DNA from: Gammaproteobacteria bacterium
Lineage (GTDB): Bacteria > Pseudomonadota > Gammaproteobacteria > JABABF01
Assembly: GCA_965237805.1 (NCBI GenBank)
Contig: OZ250153.1
Coordinates: forward strand, 800,001-864,000
Direction: 5' to 3'
Length of the DNA: 64,000 nt
Shown: piece by piece, positions 38,623 through 50,334 of the stretch
How positions within the stretch are numbered: the first letter of the stretch is position 1
Layout: every line of letters begins with the position of its first letter
Notes under the pieces: generated by a model
The model's input: only the letters and a program-made list of their open reading frames with translations
What the model was told of the DNA's origin: nothing
Database searches by the model: none
Position numbers and translations under genes: made by a program

Positions 38623-39566
38623 TCTCAGACCCACTGGACTTCGAAGAGCCCATTGCGGCGCTCGAAAAACGCATCCATCAGCTGGAGCATATCAACACTG
38701 CTGATAATTTGGACATCTCCCAAGAGATCACCTATCTTCGCGACAAAAGTCGTAAATTGACAGCAAAAATATACAACAGCCTCAGCGCTTGGGACATCGT
38801 GCGCATCGCCCGGCACATGCAGCGACCGTACAGCATGGACTACATCCAGCGTATCTTCACCGATTTTGACGAATTGCACGGCGACCGTCGCTTCGGTGAT
38901 GACAGCGCGATCATCACTGGCATCTGCCGTATTGAGGGCATCCCGATCGCTATCATCGGCCAAGAAAAAGGACGCTCGACCAAAGACCGGGTGCACCGCA
39001 ATTTCGGCATGGTGCGGCCCGAGGGCTACCGCAAGGCACACCGGGTGATGCGGCTCGCCGAGCGCTTCAAATTGCCCGTGGTGACCTTGATCGACACACC
39101 GGGTGCGCACCCAGGCATCGATTCCGAGGAACGCGGCATCAGCGAGGCCATCGCCACCAATTTGGCCACCATGTCCACCCTCACCACACCGATCATCTGT
39201 ACCGTCATCGGCGAGGGGAGTTCCGGCGGCGCACTCGGCATCGGCGTCGGCGACCACCTGTGCATGATGCAGTTCTCGACCTATTTCGTGATCTCTCCTG
39301 AAGGATGTGCCAACATCATCTGGAAAAGTTCGGACAAAGCTCCGGAAGCAGCCGAGGCGATGGGCATCACCTCGAGCGCCCTGCTGGAACTGGGATTGGT
39401 AGACACCGTGATCGAAGAGCCGCTGGGCGGTGCCCACCGCGATCCGGAGCAAGCGGCGGCGCGTATCAAAACACACCTACTCGAACAGCTGAAAATCTTC
39501 GTCGAGATGCCGACCGAAAAACTACTGGAAAGACGCTATGAGCGACTACTCGGCACAACAGGCTGA
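38619..39566 (+). CDS. accA: Acetyl-CoA carboxylase carboxyltransferase alpha
   Basis: [34 protein letters not shown]. Confidence 0.97.
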   Translation: MISDPLDFEEPIAALEKRIHQLEHINTADNLDISQEITYLRDKSRKLTAKIYNSLSAWDIVRIARHMQRPYSMDYIQRIFTDFDELHGDRRFGDDSAIITGICRIEGIPIAIIGQEKGRSTKDRVHRNFGMVRPEGYRKAHRVMRLAERFKLPVVTLIDTPGAHPGIDSEERGISEAIATNLATMSTLTTPIICTVIGEGSSGGALGIGVGDHLCMMQFSTYFVISPEGCANIIWKSSDKAPEAAEAMGITSSALLELGLVDTVIEEPLGGAHRDPEQAAARIKTHLLEQLKIFVEMPTEKLLERRYERLLGTTG

Positions 39567-40917
39567 GCGCGGCACTGGTGACTCGTCGGCGCTGCTGGCC
39601 GATGTGGCCAGCGCCTTGGTGCCCTACTTGGACAGCCCCCGCTGGCTGGTGGGCTACAGCGGCGGCATCGACTCGGGCGTGCTGTTGCAGCTGTGTGTGG
39701 ACTACTGCGCGAGCCACAGCGACGCGCCGCCGCTGGTAGCGATACATGTCAACCACCGGCTCAGCGCAGATGCCGACCGCTGGCAACGGCACTGCGAGCG
39801 CCAGTGCGCGGCGCTTGGCATCCCGTTGCTGACGGCAACCGTCCAGCAGACCACGCCGCGAGGCGGCCCGGAAGCGACCGCCCGCCGCGCCCGCTACGCC
39901 GCCTATCTGAACCACCTCAACCCGGGCGACACCCTGTTATTGGCGCACCACCAAGACGACCAACTAGAAACCCTGATGCTGCAGCTGTGCCGCGGCTGCG
40001 ATGCCGACGGCCTCAATGGCATCCCATCTCAGCGGCCGCTGGGAACCGCGCAGCTATTGCGCCCCCTGCTCGACACCAGCCGCGTAGCGATCCAAGCTTG
40101 GGCCGAACACCGTGGTCTGTGCTGGGTCGAGGACGAAAGTAACCGCGACGAGAAGCTTGATCGCAACTACCTGCGCCACCGCGTGCTGCCACTGCTACGA
40201 GAACGCTGGCCCGCCCTCGCCCACACCGCCTCCCGCAGCGCCGTGCTGCGCGCTGAGGAACGGCAGCTGCGCGAGGAGCTCGCCACCCGCGATCTGGCAG
40301 CGGTGTGTTGCGGCGAGGGCTTGGCGATCGCCGCGTTGCGCACGCTGACACCAGCACGGCGGCACAACCTGCTACGCCATTGGCTGAAGCTGCGCGGTGC
40401 CCCCCCGCTGCGCCACAGTAGCCGCGCACAAATCGAACGTGCTTTCCTCAGCAGCCGCGACGATGCGATGCCGTTGCTGGCGTGGAATGGCTACCAGCTG
40501 CGCCGCTACCGCAACGTGCTCTACGCGATCCCCGTGCTACCGACACCACCGCATGCACGCCACTCATGGCAACCGCTACAGCCATTGCGCCTGAGCGGCA
40601 TGGGGCAGCTGTCCGCCCGGCGCGTCCAGGGCGATGGCCTGCGGCTACAGACGCAGCTCGAGGTGCGTTTCCGCCGCGGTGGCGAGCGCTGCCACCCCCC
40701 GGGATCGACCCATTCACGACCGCTGAAGAAATTGTTGCAGGAGCGCGGCATGCCGCCATGGTTGCGCGAGCGCGTGCCACTCATCTACCTCAACGGACAA
40801 CTAGCGGCGGTGGGCGATCTATGGGTTTGCCAGCATTTTTCCGCCGATGCAGGGGAGGCTGGGCTCAGCCTGTCGTGGCAACCGCCGACCATGGTTGGCT
40901 GGCCAGCCCCGCTTTGA
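39538..40917 (+). CDS. tilS: tRNA(Ile)-lysidine synthase
   Basis: SGGIDS PP-loop, EATAR.ARY, AHHQDDQ.ET, RNYLR, PPW.R.R.PL; start uncertain. Confidence 0.94.
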   Translation: MSDYSAQQAERGTGDSSALLADVASALVPYLDSPRWLVGYSGGIDSGVLLQLCVDYCASHSDAPPLVAIHVNHRLSADADRWQRHCERQCAALGIPLLTATVQQTTPRGGPEATARRARYAAYLNHLNPGDTLLLAHHQDDQLETLMLQLCRGCDADGLNGIPSQRPLGTAQLLRPLLDTSRVAIQAWAEHRGLCWVEDESNRDEKLDRNYLRHRVLPLLRERWPALAHTASRSAVLRAEERQLREELATRDLAAVCCGEGLAIAALRTLTPARRHNLLRHWLKLRGAPPLRHSSRAQIERAFLSSRDDAMPLLAWNGYQLRRYRNVLYAIPVLPTPPHARHSWQPLQPLRLSGMGQLSARRVQGDGLRLQTQLEVRFRRGGERCHPPGSTHSRPLKKLLQERGMPPWLRERVPLIYLNGQLAAVGDLWVCQHFSADAGEAGLSLSWQPPTMVGWPAPL

Positions 40918-40951
40918 GTATGTCGTGGCAACGGACGTGGAACGGCGCTGA

Positions 40952-43464
<2,513 letters not shown>

Positions 43465-43474
43465 CCGCGTCGGC

Positions 43475-44764
43475 ATGAGTACTATCGCCAAGCTCCAAGC
43501 GATGGAATTGCTCGACTCGCGCGGCCACCCCACCGTCGGCGTCAGCTTGGAGCTGAGCTCTGGGCACCGAGCTGAAGCCAGCGTGCCGTCGGGGGCCTCC
43601 ACCGGCTCTGCGGAAGCCTGCGAGCTGCGCGACGGTGACACCGGGCGCTACGGCGGGCGCGGTGTGCTGGGTGCCGTCGCCGCAGTCAACGGGGAGCTGA
43701 ATGCGGCGTTGCGCGGCCGGGTGGCCGAGCAGCGGGAGGTGGATCACGCCATGATCGCGCTGGACGGCACCGAGCGGCGCTCGCGCCTCGGTGCCAACGC
43801 CCTGCTTGGGGTATCGATGGCGCTGGCACGAGCCGTGGCCGCCGAACGCGGCGTGCCGCTGTACCGGCATCTGTGCGAGCTCTACGGGGGCGATCCGGAG
43901 CAGCTCAGCTTGCCGTTGCCAATGATGAATATCCTCAACGGCGGGGCCCACGCCAACAACAACATCGACCTGCAGGAATTCATGGTGCAACCCGTGGGTG
44001 CCCCAAACTTTGCCGAGGCGCTACGCTGGGGGACGGAGATTTTCCACACCCTGCGCGGATTGCTACGCGAAGAGGGTCACCCCACCGCCGTCGGCGACGA
44101 GGGCGGCTTCGCGCCCAACCTGAGCGGTAGCGCGGCAGCTCTGGAGTTGCTCTGCCGGGCGGTGGAAAGCGCGGGCTTGCGCTTGGGCCGCGATGCCGAT
44201 GTGGCATTGGCGCTGGACTGCGCCGCCACCGAGCTGTGCCGGGACTCGCGCTACCAACTGCTGGGGGAAGCGGGTCAGCCGCAGCTGGACACAACGGAAT
44301 TCATCGACTATTTGCGGCAGCTGTGTGAGCGCTACCCGGTGGCCTCAATAGAGGACGCGCTACACGAAGACGACTGGGCGGGTTGGGTGGAGCTGACCGT
44401 TGCACTGGGCACAGGCACGCAGCTGGTCGGCGATGACCTCTTCGTCACCGATGCCCGCCGACTGCGCCGTGGCGCGGAGCTGGGTGCTGCCAATGCCATC
44501 TTGATCAAACCCAACCAGATCGGTACTGTCAGCGAGACACTGGACACGCTGAGCACAGCGCGCAAGATCGGCTACGCCACCGTGATCTCGCACCGCTCCG
44601 GGGAAACCGAAGACTGTTTCATCGCCGACTTGGCAGTGGCGACTGCTGCTGGTCAGATCAAGACCGGCGCACCGTGCCGCTCCGATAGAGTGGCTAAATA
44701 TAACCGCCTGTTGCGCATAGAATCACAATCTGAAGGGGCGATCCCGCTGGCTCGTGGGGCATGA
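43475..44764 (+). CDS. eno: Enolase
   Basis: [41 protein letters not shown]. Confidence 0.98.
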   Translation: MSTIAKLQAMELLDSRGHPTVGVSLELSSGHRAEASVPSGASTGSAEACELRDGDTGRYGGRGVLGAVAAVNGELNAALRGRVAEQREVDHAMIALDGTERRSRLGANALLGVSMALARAVAAERGVPLYRHLCELYGGDPEQLSLPLPMMNILNGGAHANNNIDLQEFMVQPVGAPNFAEALRWGTEIFHTLRGLLREEGHPTAVGDEGGFAPNLSGSAAALELLCRAVESAGLRLGRDADVALALDCAATELCRDSRYQLLGEAGQPQLDTTEFIDYLRQLCERYPVASIEDALHEDDWAGWVELTVALGTGTQLVGDDLFVTDARRLRRGAELGAANAILIKPNQIGTVSETLDTLSTARKIGYATVISHRSGETEDCFIADLAVATAAGQIKTGAPCRSDRVAKYNRLLRIESQSEGAIPLARGA

Positions 44765-44832
44765 CGGCGGCTAAAAGTCTGCCAGCTTCCGGCATATAAT
44801 GATGTCTACTGCTCGCGACGAAGCATCGATCC

Positions 44833-45303
44833 ATGGCCGCACAAGCCGATCCGGAAAGCGCTGACGAGAACGGTCGCTATTCTGATTGGTTGCTGGTAGA
44901 TCAAGCATTGATCAACCAATATGCCGATGCCTCCGGCGATCACAACTTCCTCCATGTCAATCCCGAAGAGGCCGCCACCACCATCTTCGGCGGCACCATC
45001 GCCCACGGGCTGCTGATCCTGTCATTGGTGCCGCGCTTGGCGCAACAAGTGATGGGGGCAGACACCTTGCCGGACAAGGCTGGTGTCAGCGATGTGGTGG
45101 TCAACTACGGCTTCGACAAGGTGCGCTTCATCACTCCGGTGCGCGCTGGCAGTGAGATCCGCGCCTTTCTGGGGGAGAGCACCGAAGAGCCGAGGGTGCC
45201 GGGGCAGACCGTGCTCCGATCATTGATCCGTATCGAGCTGCGCGATGGCGACAAGCCGGCGATGGTGGCAGAAATGCTGGCCCTGCGCTTCGACCCAATC
45301 TAA
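44833..45303 (+). CDS. MaoC-family (R)-specific enoyl-CoA hydratase/dehydratase
   Basis: Hydratase-2 motif [28 protein letters not shown]; TATAAT at 44795-44800. Confidence 0.88.
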   Translation: MAAQADPESADENGRYSDWLLVDQALINQYADASGDHNFLHVNPEEAATTIFGGTIAHGLLILSLVPRLAQQVMGADTLPDKAGVSDVVVNYGFDKVRFITPVRAGSEIRAFLGESTEEPRVPGQTVLRSLIRIELRDGDKPAMVAEMLALRFDPI

Positions 45304-45322
45304 ACACACTGGAGCTGGAACC

Positions 45323-46534
45323 GTGCCCAAAAAATCAAAGCTCAGGGCGCGCGAAGCAGTCATCGTCGCCGCCGCACGCACGCCGATCGGCAAAGCCTAC
45401 CGCGGCAGCTTGAACAATACCTCCGGAGCCACCCTCGGTGCCACCGCCGTGCGCGAGGCACTGCGCCGAGCCGGGATGGAAAATGAGCCCGACAAGGTGG
45501 GTGATGTCGTCATGGGCACGGCACTGCCACAGGGCACCACCGGCTCGAACATCGGCCGCCAAGTCGCGTTGCGCGCTGGCCTGCCAGCCACGGTGCCGGG
45601 TATGACGGTGGACCGTCAATGCTCCTCAGGCCTGATGGCGATCACCATCGCTGCGCACCAAATCCTCTGTGAGGGGCTCGAAGTGGCAGTCGGCGGTGGT
45701 CTCGACTCCATCAGCTTGGTGCAAAACGAAAATCTGAATCAAAGTCGTCGTGTCGACGACGAGCTGCTCGCCATGCAGCCGCACATCTATATGCCGATGC
45801 TCGACACCGCTGAGGTGGTGGCCGAGCGCTACGGCATCGATCGCGATCGGCAAGACGAGTACGGCGTCCTATCGCAGGAACGGGCCTCGGTAGCCGCCAT
45901 CAAGGGACGCTTCGACGAGGAACTGGTGCCGCCGATGCAGCTGCGTTGCTTGGTCACTGACCGCGAGACCGGTGAAGTCTCGGAACAGGCGCGCATCCTC
46001 GCACGCGATGAAGGAATACGCCAAGATACCACCACCGCGGGCTTGGCCAATCTGAAACCGGTGCGCGAAGGCGGCACGATCACCGCTGGCAACGCCTCCC
46101 AGCTGTCCGACGGCTCAGCCGCCTGTGTGCTGATGGAACGCGCCGAGGCAGAGCGACGAGGGTTGGATGTGCTGGGCTGCTACCGCGGCGTGGCCGTCGC
46201 TGGTTGCGCGCCGGACGAGATGGGCATCGGCCCGGTATTCGCCATCCCGCGCTTGCTGGAGCGACACGGCCTCGACATCGGCGACATCGGCCTGTGGGAG
46301 TTGAACGAAGCTTTCGCCGTGCAGGTCATCTACTGCCGCGACACACTCGGCCTGCCGGATGACAAGCTCAATGTAGATGGTGGTGCAATCGCCTTGGGTC
46401 ATCCCTATGGCATGTCCGGCGTGCGCCTGACCATGCACGCCCTGTTTGAGGGACGCCGCCGCGGCGAGCGCTATGTGGTCGTCACCATGTGCATCGGTGG
46501 CGGGATGGGCGCGGCGGCATTGTTTGAGCTCTAA
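45323..46534 (+). CDS. Acetyl-CoA C-acyltransferase (thiolase)
   Basis: [32 protein letters not shown]; GGAG before GTG 45323. Confidence 0.95.
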   Translation: MPKKSKLRAREAVIVAAARTPIGKAYRGSLNNTSGATLGATAVREALRRAGMENEPDKVGDVVMGTALPQGTTGSNIGRQVALRAGLPATVPGMTVDRQCSSGLMAITIAAHQILCEGLEVAVGGGLDSISLVQNENLNQSRRVDDELLAMQPHIYMPMLDTAEVVAERYGIDRDRQDEYGVLSQERASVAAIKGRFDEELVPPMQLRCLVTDRETGEVSEQARILARDEGIRQDTTTAGLANLKPVREGGTITAGNASQLSDGSAACVLMERAEAERRGLDVLGCYRGVAVAGCAPDEMGIGPVFAIPRLLERHGLDIGDIGLWELNEAFAVQVIYCRDTLGLPDDKLNVDGGAIALGHPYGMSGVRLTMHALFEGRRRGERYVVVTMCIGGGMGAAALFEL

Positions 46535-46564
46535 GACGCAGCTGGCAAGCCGAGTCGGGTCGCC

Positions 46565-46909
46565 GTGGGCAACTATCGCAAGCTAATCCGCAGAGCGACA
46601 TTGGCTGGGCTATTGCTATTGCTCGCAGCGCTCTGCCACCAGTTGGTGGTGGGGGCAGGCGGCCTGCTGGAGAACCACAAACTGAATCGAGAATTCGCCG
46701 AACAGCAGCTGCGCAACAAGGCTCTGCGCCAACGCAACGAAGCGGCTCGAGACTGGCTGGAACAATCCCAGCAGCCGGAGGCCATTGAGGCGCACGCACG
46801 CAGCGAATTGGGGATGGTGCGGCGCGGCGAAATGCTGTTCTGGGTGGTTGATGACACGGCAAAATCGGCACAGGAGAATACGGTACGCGAAGATGGTGTC
46901 GAGCAGTAA
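46565..46909 (+). CDS. ftsB: Cell division protein FtsB
   Basis: TM helix, coiled coil, IE..ARSELGMV..GE; precedes ispD. Confidence 0.88.
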   Translation: MGNYRKLIRRATLAGLLLLLAALCHQLVVGAGGLLENHKLNREFAEQQLRNKALRQRNEAARDWLEQSQQPEAIEAHARSELGMVRRGEMLFWVVDDTAKSAQENTVREDGVEQ

Positions 46910-47636
46910 GCACCCGGCGGGGGGGCGACGGTCGACGCGCCTGTGGGGCATTGTGCCAGCGGCGGGGCACGGGCAACGCTTCGGCAGCAGCAGGCAAGCC
47001 CCCAAGCAATACCAAGCCTTGGCACACAGTACTGTGATCGAATGCGCACTGGCCCCCCTGCTCGCCCTGCCGGAACTGACAGCCTTGGTGGTCGCGCTCG
47101 CCGACGACGACCGCCACTGGAAGGAACTGGCAGTGGCGCGGCACCCATCGGTGCGCACGGCGGTGGGCGGGGCGAGCCGAGCCGCTTCGGTCGCCAACGC
47201 GCTGGATGCACTGGCCGATGCCGCCCCCGCCGCCCGAGATTGGGTGATCGTGCACGATGCCGTGCGCCCCTGCCTGAGCGCAGAGAGACTGCGCTCCTTG
47301 CTGGTGACGCTGGTGGATCATCCGGTCGGTGGCCTGCTGGCAGTGCCCGTGCGGGACAGTCTCAAGCGGGTGGATGGCAACGGCAGCGCGGTCGAGACGG
47401 TGCCGCACACCCAGCTGTGGCGAGCCCAGACCCCGCAGCTATTCCGCTACGCTGTGTTGCGCGAGGCCTTGGCACACAGGCTGGCGCACGGCGCCTGCGA
47501 CGACGACGAGGCGGCGGCAGTTATCGCCAGCGGCCACCGGCCACAGGTGATACTAGGCACCGCCTGTAATCTCAAGCTGACCGACCCGGAAGATCTGCCC
47601 TTGGCGCAAGCTTTGCTCAGCGCCACCAGCACCTAA
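46893..47636 (+). CDS. ispD: 2-C-methyl-D-erythritol 4-phosphate cytidylyltransferase
   Basis: PAAG.G.R..PKQY, VHDAVRP, AQTPQ, NLKLT.PEDL. Confidence 0.95.
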   Translation: MVSSSKHPAGGRRSTRLWGIVPAAGHGQRFGSSRQAPKQYQALAHSTVIECALAPLLALPELTALVVALADDDRHWKELAVARHPSVRTAVGGASRAASVANALDALADAAPAARDWVIVHDAVRPCLSAERLRSLLVTLVDHPVGGLLAVPVRDSLKRVDGNGSAVETVPHTQLWRAQTPQLFRYAVLREALAHRLAHGACDDDEAAAVIASGHRPQVILGTACNLKLTDPEDLPLAQALLSATST

Positions 47637-47640
47637 GTCG

Positions 47641-48135
47641 ATGCGCGTCGGCCAAGGTTTCGATCTGCACCGCTTCGGCGAGGGCGACCACCTGATGCTC
47701 GGCGGTGTGCGCATCCCTTTCCACCGCGGCATCATCGCCCACTCCGATGGCGATGTGATCGCGCACGCCTTGGGCAACGCGGTGCTGGGCGGTGCGGGTC
47801 AAGGCGACATCGGCCACCATTTCCCCCCCGACGATGAACGCTGGCGTGACCTCAGCGGCATGACCCTGCTGCGGCATTGTCGGCGTATCGCCGGGGACGT
47901 TGGCCTGCGAGTCATCAACGCCGATGTGAGCGTGTTGGCAGAACGCCCCCGGGTGGCCGACCACGCAACTGCTATGCGCCGCCAGATCGCCGACTGCTTG
48001 GGACTGCCACTAACAGCGGTCAACATCAAGGCCAGCACCACCGAGGGACTGGGTGCGATCGGCCGCGGCGAGGCACTGGCCGCGCTGGCAGTGGCCTTGC
48101 TCGACACGATAGAGCTCACTGATGCCCCAACCTGA
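47641..48135 (+). CDS. ispF: 2-C-methyl-D-erythritol 2,4-cyclodiphosphate synthase
   Basis: RVGQGFDLH, HSDGDV..HA, DIG.HFP, KASTTEGLG. Confidence 0.95.
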   Translation: MRVGQGFDLHRFGEGDHLMLGGVRIPFHRGIIAHSDGDVIAHALGNAVLGGAGQGDIGHHFPPDDERWRDLSGMTLLRHCRRIAGDVGLRVINADVSVLAERPRVADHATAMRRQIADCLGLPLTAVNIKASTTEGLGAIGRGEALAALAVALLDTIELTDAPT

Positions 48136-48811
48136 TCCGGTGGATATCGGCGGCCTTGGCCTGACCTCAGCGCACAGCCGTGGAGCGCTGGTCAAGCTAT
48201 TGCAGGAGCAGGGTATCGATGACCCACAGGTGCTCGCCGTCATGCGCCAAGTGCCGCGGCATATCTTCGTCGAGGAGGCGCTGGCACACCGTGCCTATAA
48301 GAACACAGCGCTGCCGATCGGCTACCGCCAAACCATCTCCCAGCCCTATATCGTCGGGCTGATGACCCAGCTATTGCTGGCTCCACAAGAGGGCGCGCCA
48401 CCGCCCCGTCAAGTGCTGGAAATCGGCACTGGCTCTGGCTACCAAACCGCCGTGCTGGCGCTACTGGTGCCGCAGGTCTACAGCATTGAGCGCATCGCCG
48501 AGCTCAAGCGGCGGGCGCGCAGACGCCTACAACGCATCGGCGTGCACAACATCTCCCTGCGCCACAGCGACGGCCACGAGGGCTGGCCGAGCAAAGCTCC
48601 CTTCGATGCCATCATGGTGACGGCGGCGGCCGCCACGCCGCCGACGACACTGTTGAAGCAGTTGGCCGAGGGCGGTCGGCTGGTCATCCCCGAGCAGTGT
48701 GGTGAGGCGCAGTCGCTGTGCATCTACCACAAGCGGGACGGGCAGTGCCAGCGCCGTGCTGTGGAGGCTGTGCGCTTCGTGCCCCTGCGCCCAGGGGTGG
48801 AACGCGCCTAA
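48122..48811 (+). CDS. pcm: Protein-L-isoaspartate O-methyltransferase
   Basis: VPRH.FV, QTISQP, VLEIGTGSGYQ, FVPL. Confidence 0.96.
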   Translation: MPQPDPVDIGGLGLTSAHSRGALVKLLQEQGIDDPQVLAVMRQVPRHIFVEEALAHRAYKNTALPIGYRQTISQPYIVGLMTQLLLAPQEGAPPPRQVLEIGTGSGYQTAVLALLVPQVYSIERIAELKRRARRRLQRIGVHNISLRHSDGHEGWPSKAPFDAIMVTAAAATPPTTLLKQLAEGGRLVIPEQCGEAQSLCIYHKRDGQCQRRAVEAVRFVPLRPGVERA

Positions 48812-48936
48812 GCATCCAAGGCGATGCCGGTCCACAAAACGGATTGGCACTCTCACTTAGCGTGATGATCTGAATGGGAACTATATACATGTTGTCGCAG
48901 GCACTAAGGGGGGGTGACAGTTAGAGCTAGCCACAC

Positions 48937-49137
48937 ATGAGCCGCAGAATGTCATCCGCCAGCAGACTTAACGGTAGTGCAGACGCGCTTGCTGGAGCCT
49001 TCCGCAAGGTCATTGAAGCAGCCATTGGGGAGGCGCAAGAGCCTGTTGTCAATTTGATTGGAGAGGTGGAAACAAGGCTTGCCAATAAGATTGACGCGGC
49101 GTGGAAACCACAAATAGCAATATGCAGGACAACTTGA
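48937..49137 (+). CDS. Small hypothetical helical protein, possibly frameshifted at its 3' end
   Basis: 66-aa ORF in a lower-GC gap with amphipathic pattern LNGSADALAGAFRKVIEAAIGEAQEPVVNLIGEVETRL; no recognised family. Confidence 0.35.
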   Translation: MSRRMSSASRLNGSADALAGAFRKVIEAAIGEAQEPVVNLIGEVETRLANKIDAAWKPQIAICRTT

Positions 49138-49377
49138 CGAACCGAGAAAGGAGTTTTCCCAATGCCAGTAGTGAGGTCATTGGGGACACTCTGGCTCAAG
49201 GCCTTGCTGGCGCGCCCGTAGGCTGTTCCCCCCCGCTCCACTACAACCCAAACCCTCTACGCTTGCCCCGTTGAGGCTCAACTGGCGCACCCTTACTCTG
49301 CGGCTTGGGTAGAGCCAACAACCCTCGGATTGTCCGGTCTATCGCCTGCTGACGGCTCACTTGTAGGTGGCTGGATT

Positions 49378-49580
49378 CGATATGTCAAGCTGGCAGGCGG
49401 CGCAGATCAGCGCTGTTTAATCGGCGAACAACTGCTCCACCCCCCCCCTGCCCGCACTACCGGTGCTGGAAGCCCTAGTGGGGGTGCTCACCGACGACGA
49501 CCACCACTGGAAAGAACTGGCAACGGTTGCGCCTCGTGCTGTTGCGTCCCGTGGTGGAGCGGGAGCGACACCGCCAGCTA
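49378..49580 (+). pseudogene. Degenerate fragment of an ispD copy
   Basis: 49441-49522 matches 47051-47132 at 65/82 nt without gaps (manual count); PLPALPVLEALVGVLTDDDHHWKELA vs IspD PLLALPELTALVVALADDDRHWKELA. Outer limits approximate. Confidence 0.75.
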
Positions 49581-50334
49581 GTCAGTGATAGCGCACACCA
49601 CCTCATCACAATTGGCCCCAAAATTAGGCACCGTTACTACATATTGGAGCGCTAGATGAATAGACTTTGAGTGTGATGTCGAGGCTAGCGCCTTCATCAT
49701 GGAGTGGGTCTATATACATCACCATGAAAGTGTACTCGTCATCCGCAAGCTGCGCCTGCAGATCAGCATTGGAGCGATCGACCACCAGCATCGGCAAGTC
49801 ATTAGTCTGTGAAGTTGCGACCACCGACACCCCGAGCGGCGGCATCATCATATTGGTCTGAGACAGATCCATCAGTTTGAACTGCGTCCAATCCAAAACA
49901 GCACCATCGACATCCGTCGCCCGCAATCGTGGGACAGTGGTAGCGGGGAAGTTAAGCGGTTGCGGATCGCCCGGACAGAGCTCGAACTCTGTGTCACCAG
50001 CATAGCTTGGACCAGCGCGGTCACTCACCCCAATTAACAACGTTATCGAGAGAGAGGCTGCACCTTCTGTGAGCTGCACCACCACGCTGTGCGTTGAACT
50101 CTGCTCAAAATCTAGCGTCCCCGTGGTGATCAATAGAGGTGACACACCATCCAACGATGCCACGATGGCCGCAGCTGTCAACGCCACCGAATCAATCGAT
50201 GAAATTGCGAAGTGTGTCCAGTCCAAGACCTGTTGGTCGCGCTCCGCGCCAAAGCCGGAAAAGCTATTGTGCCTCCCGGCATGCTCTTCGATGGAGAAAG
50301 TCGACACACCTGTGAAGAGCAATGGACCAGCGCT

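Noticed and set aside
47770-47785. IspF HALGNA instead of the usual HALxDA
   Set aside because: A single conservative change with the Zn-ligand motifs intact; too weak to infer altered function.
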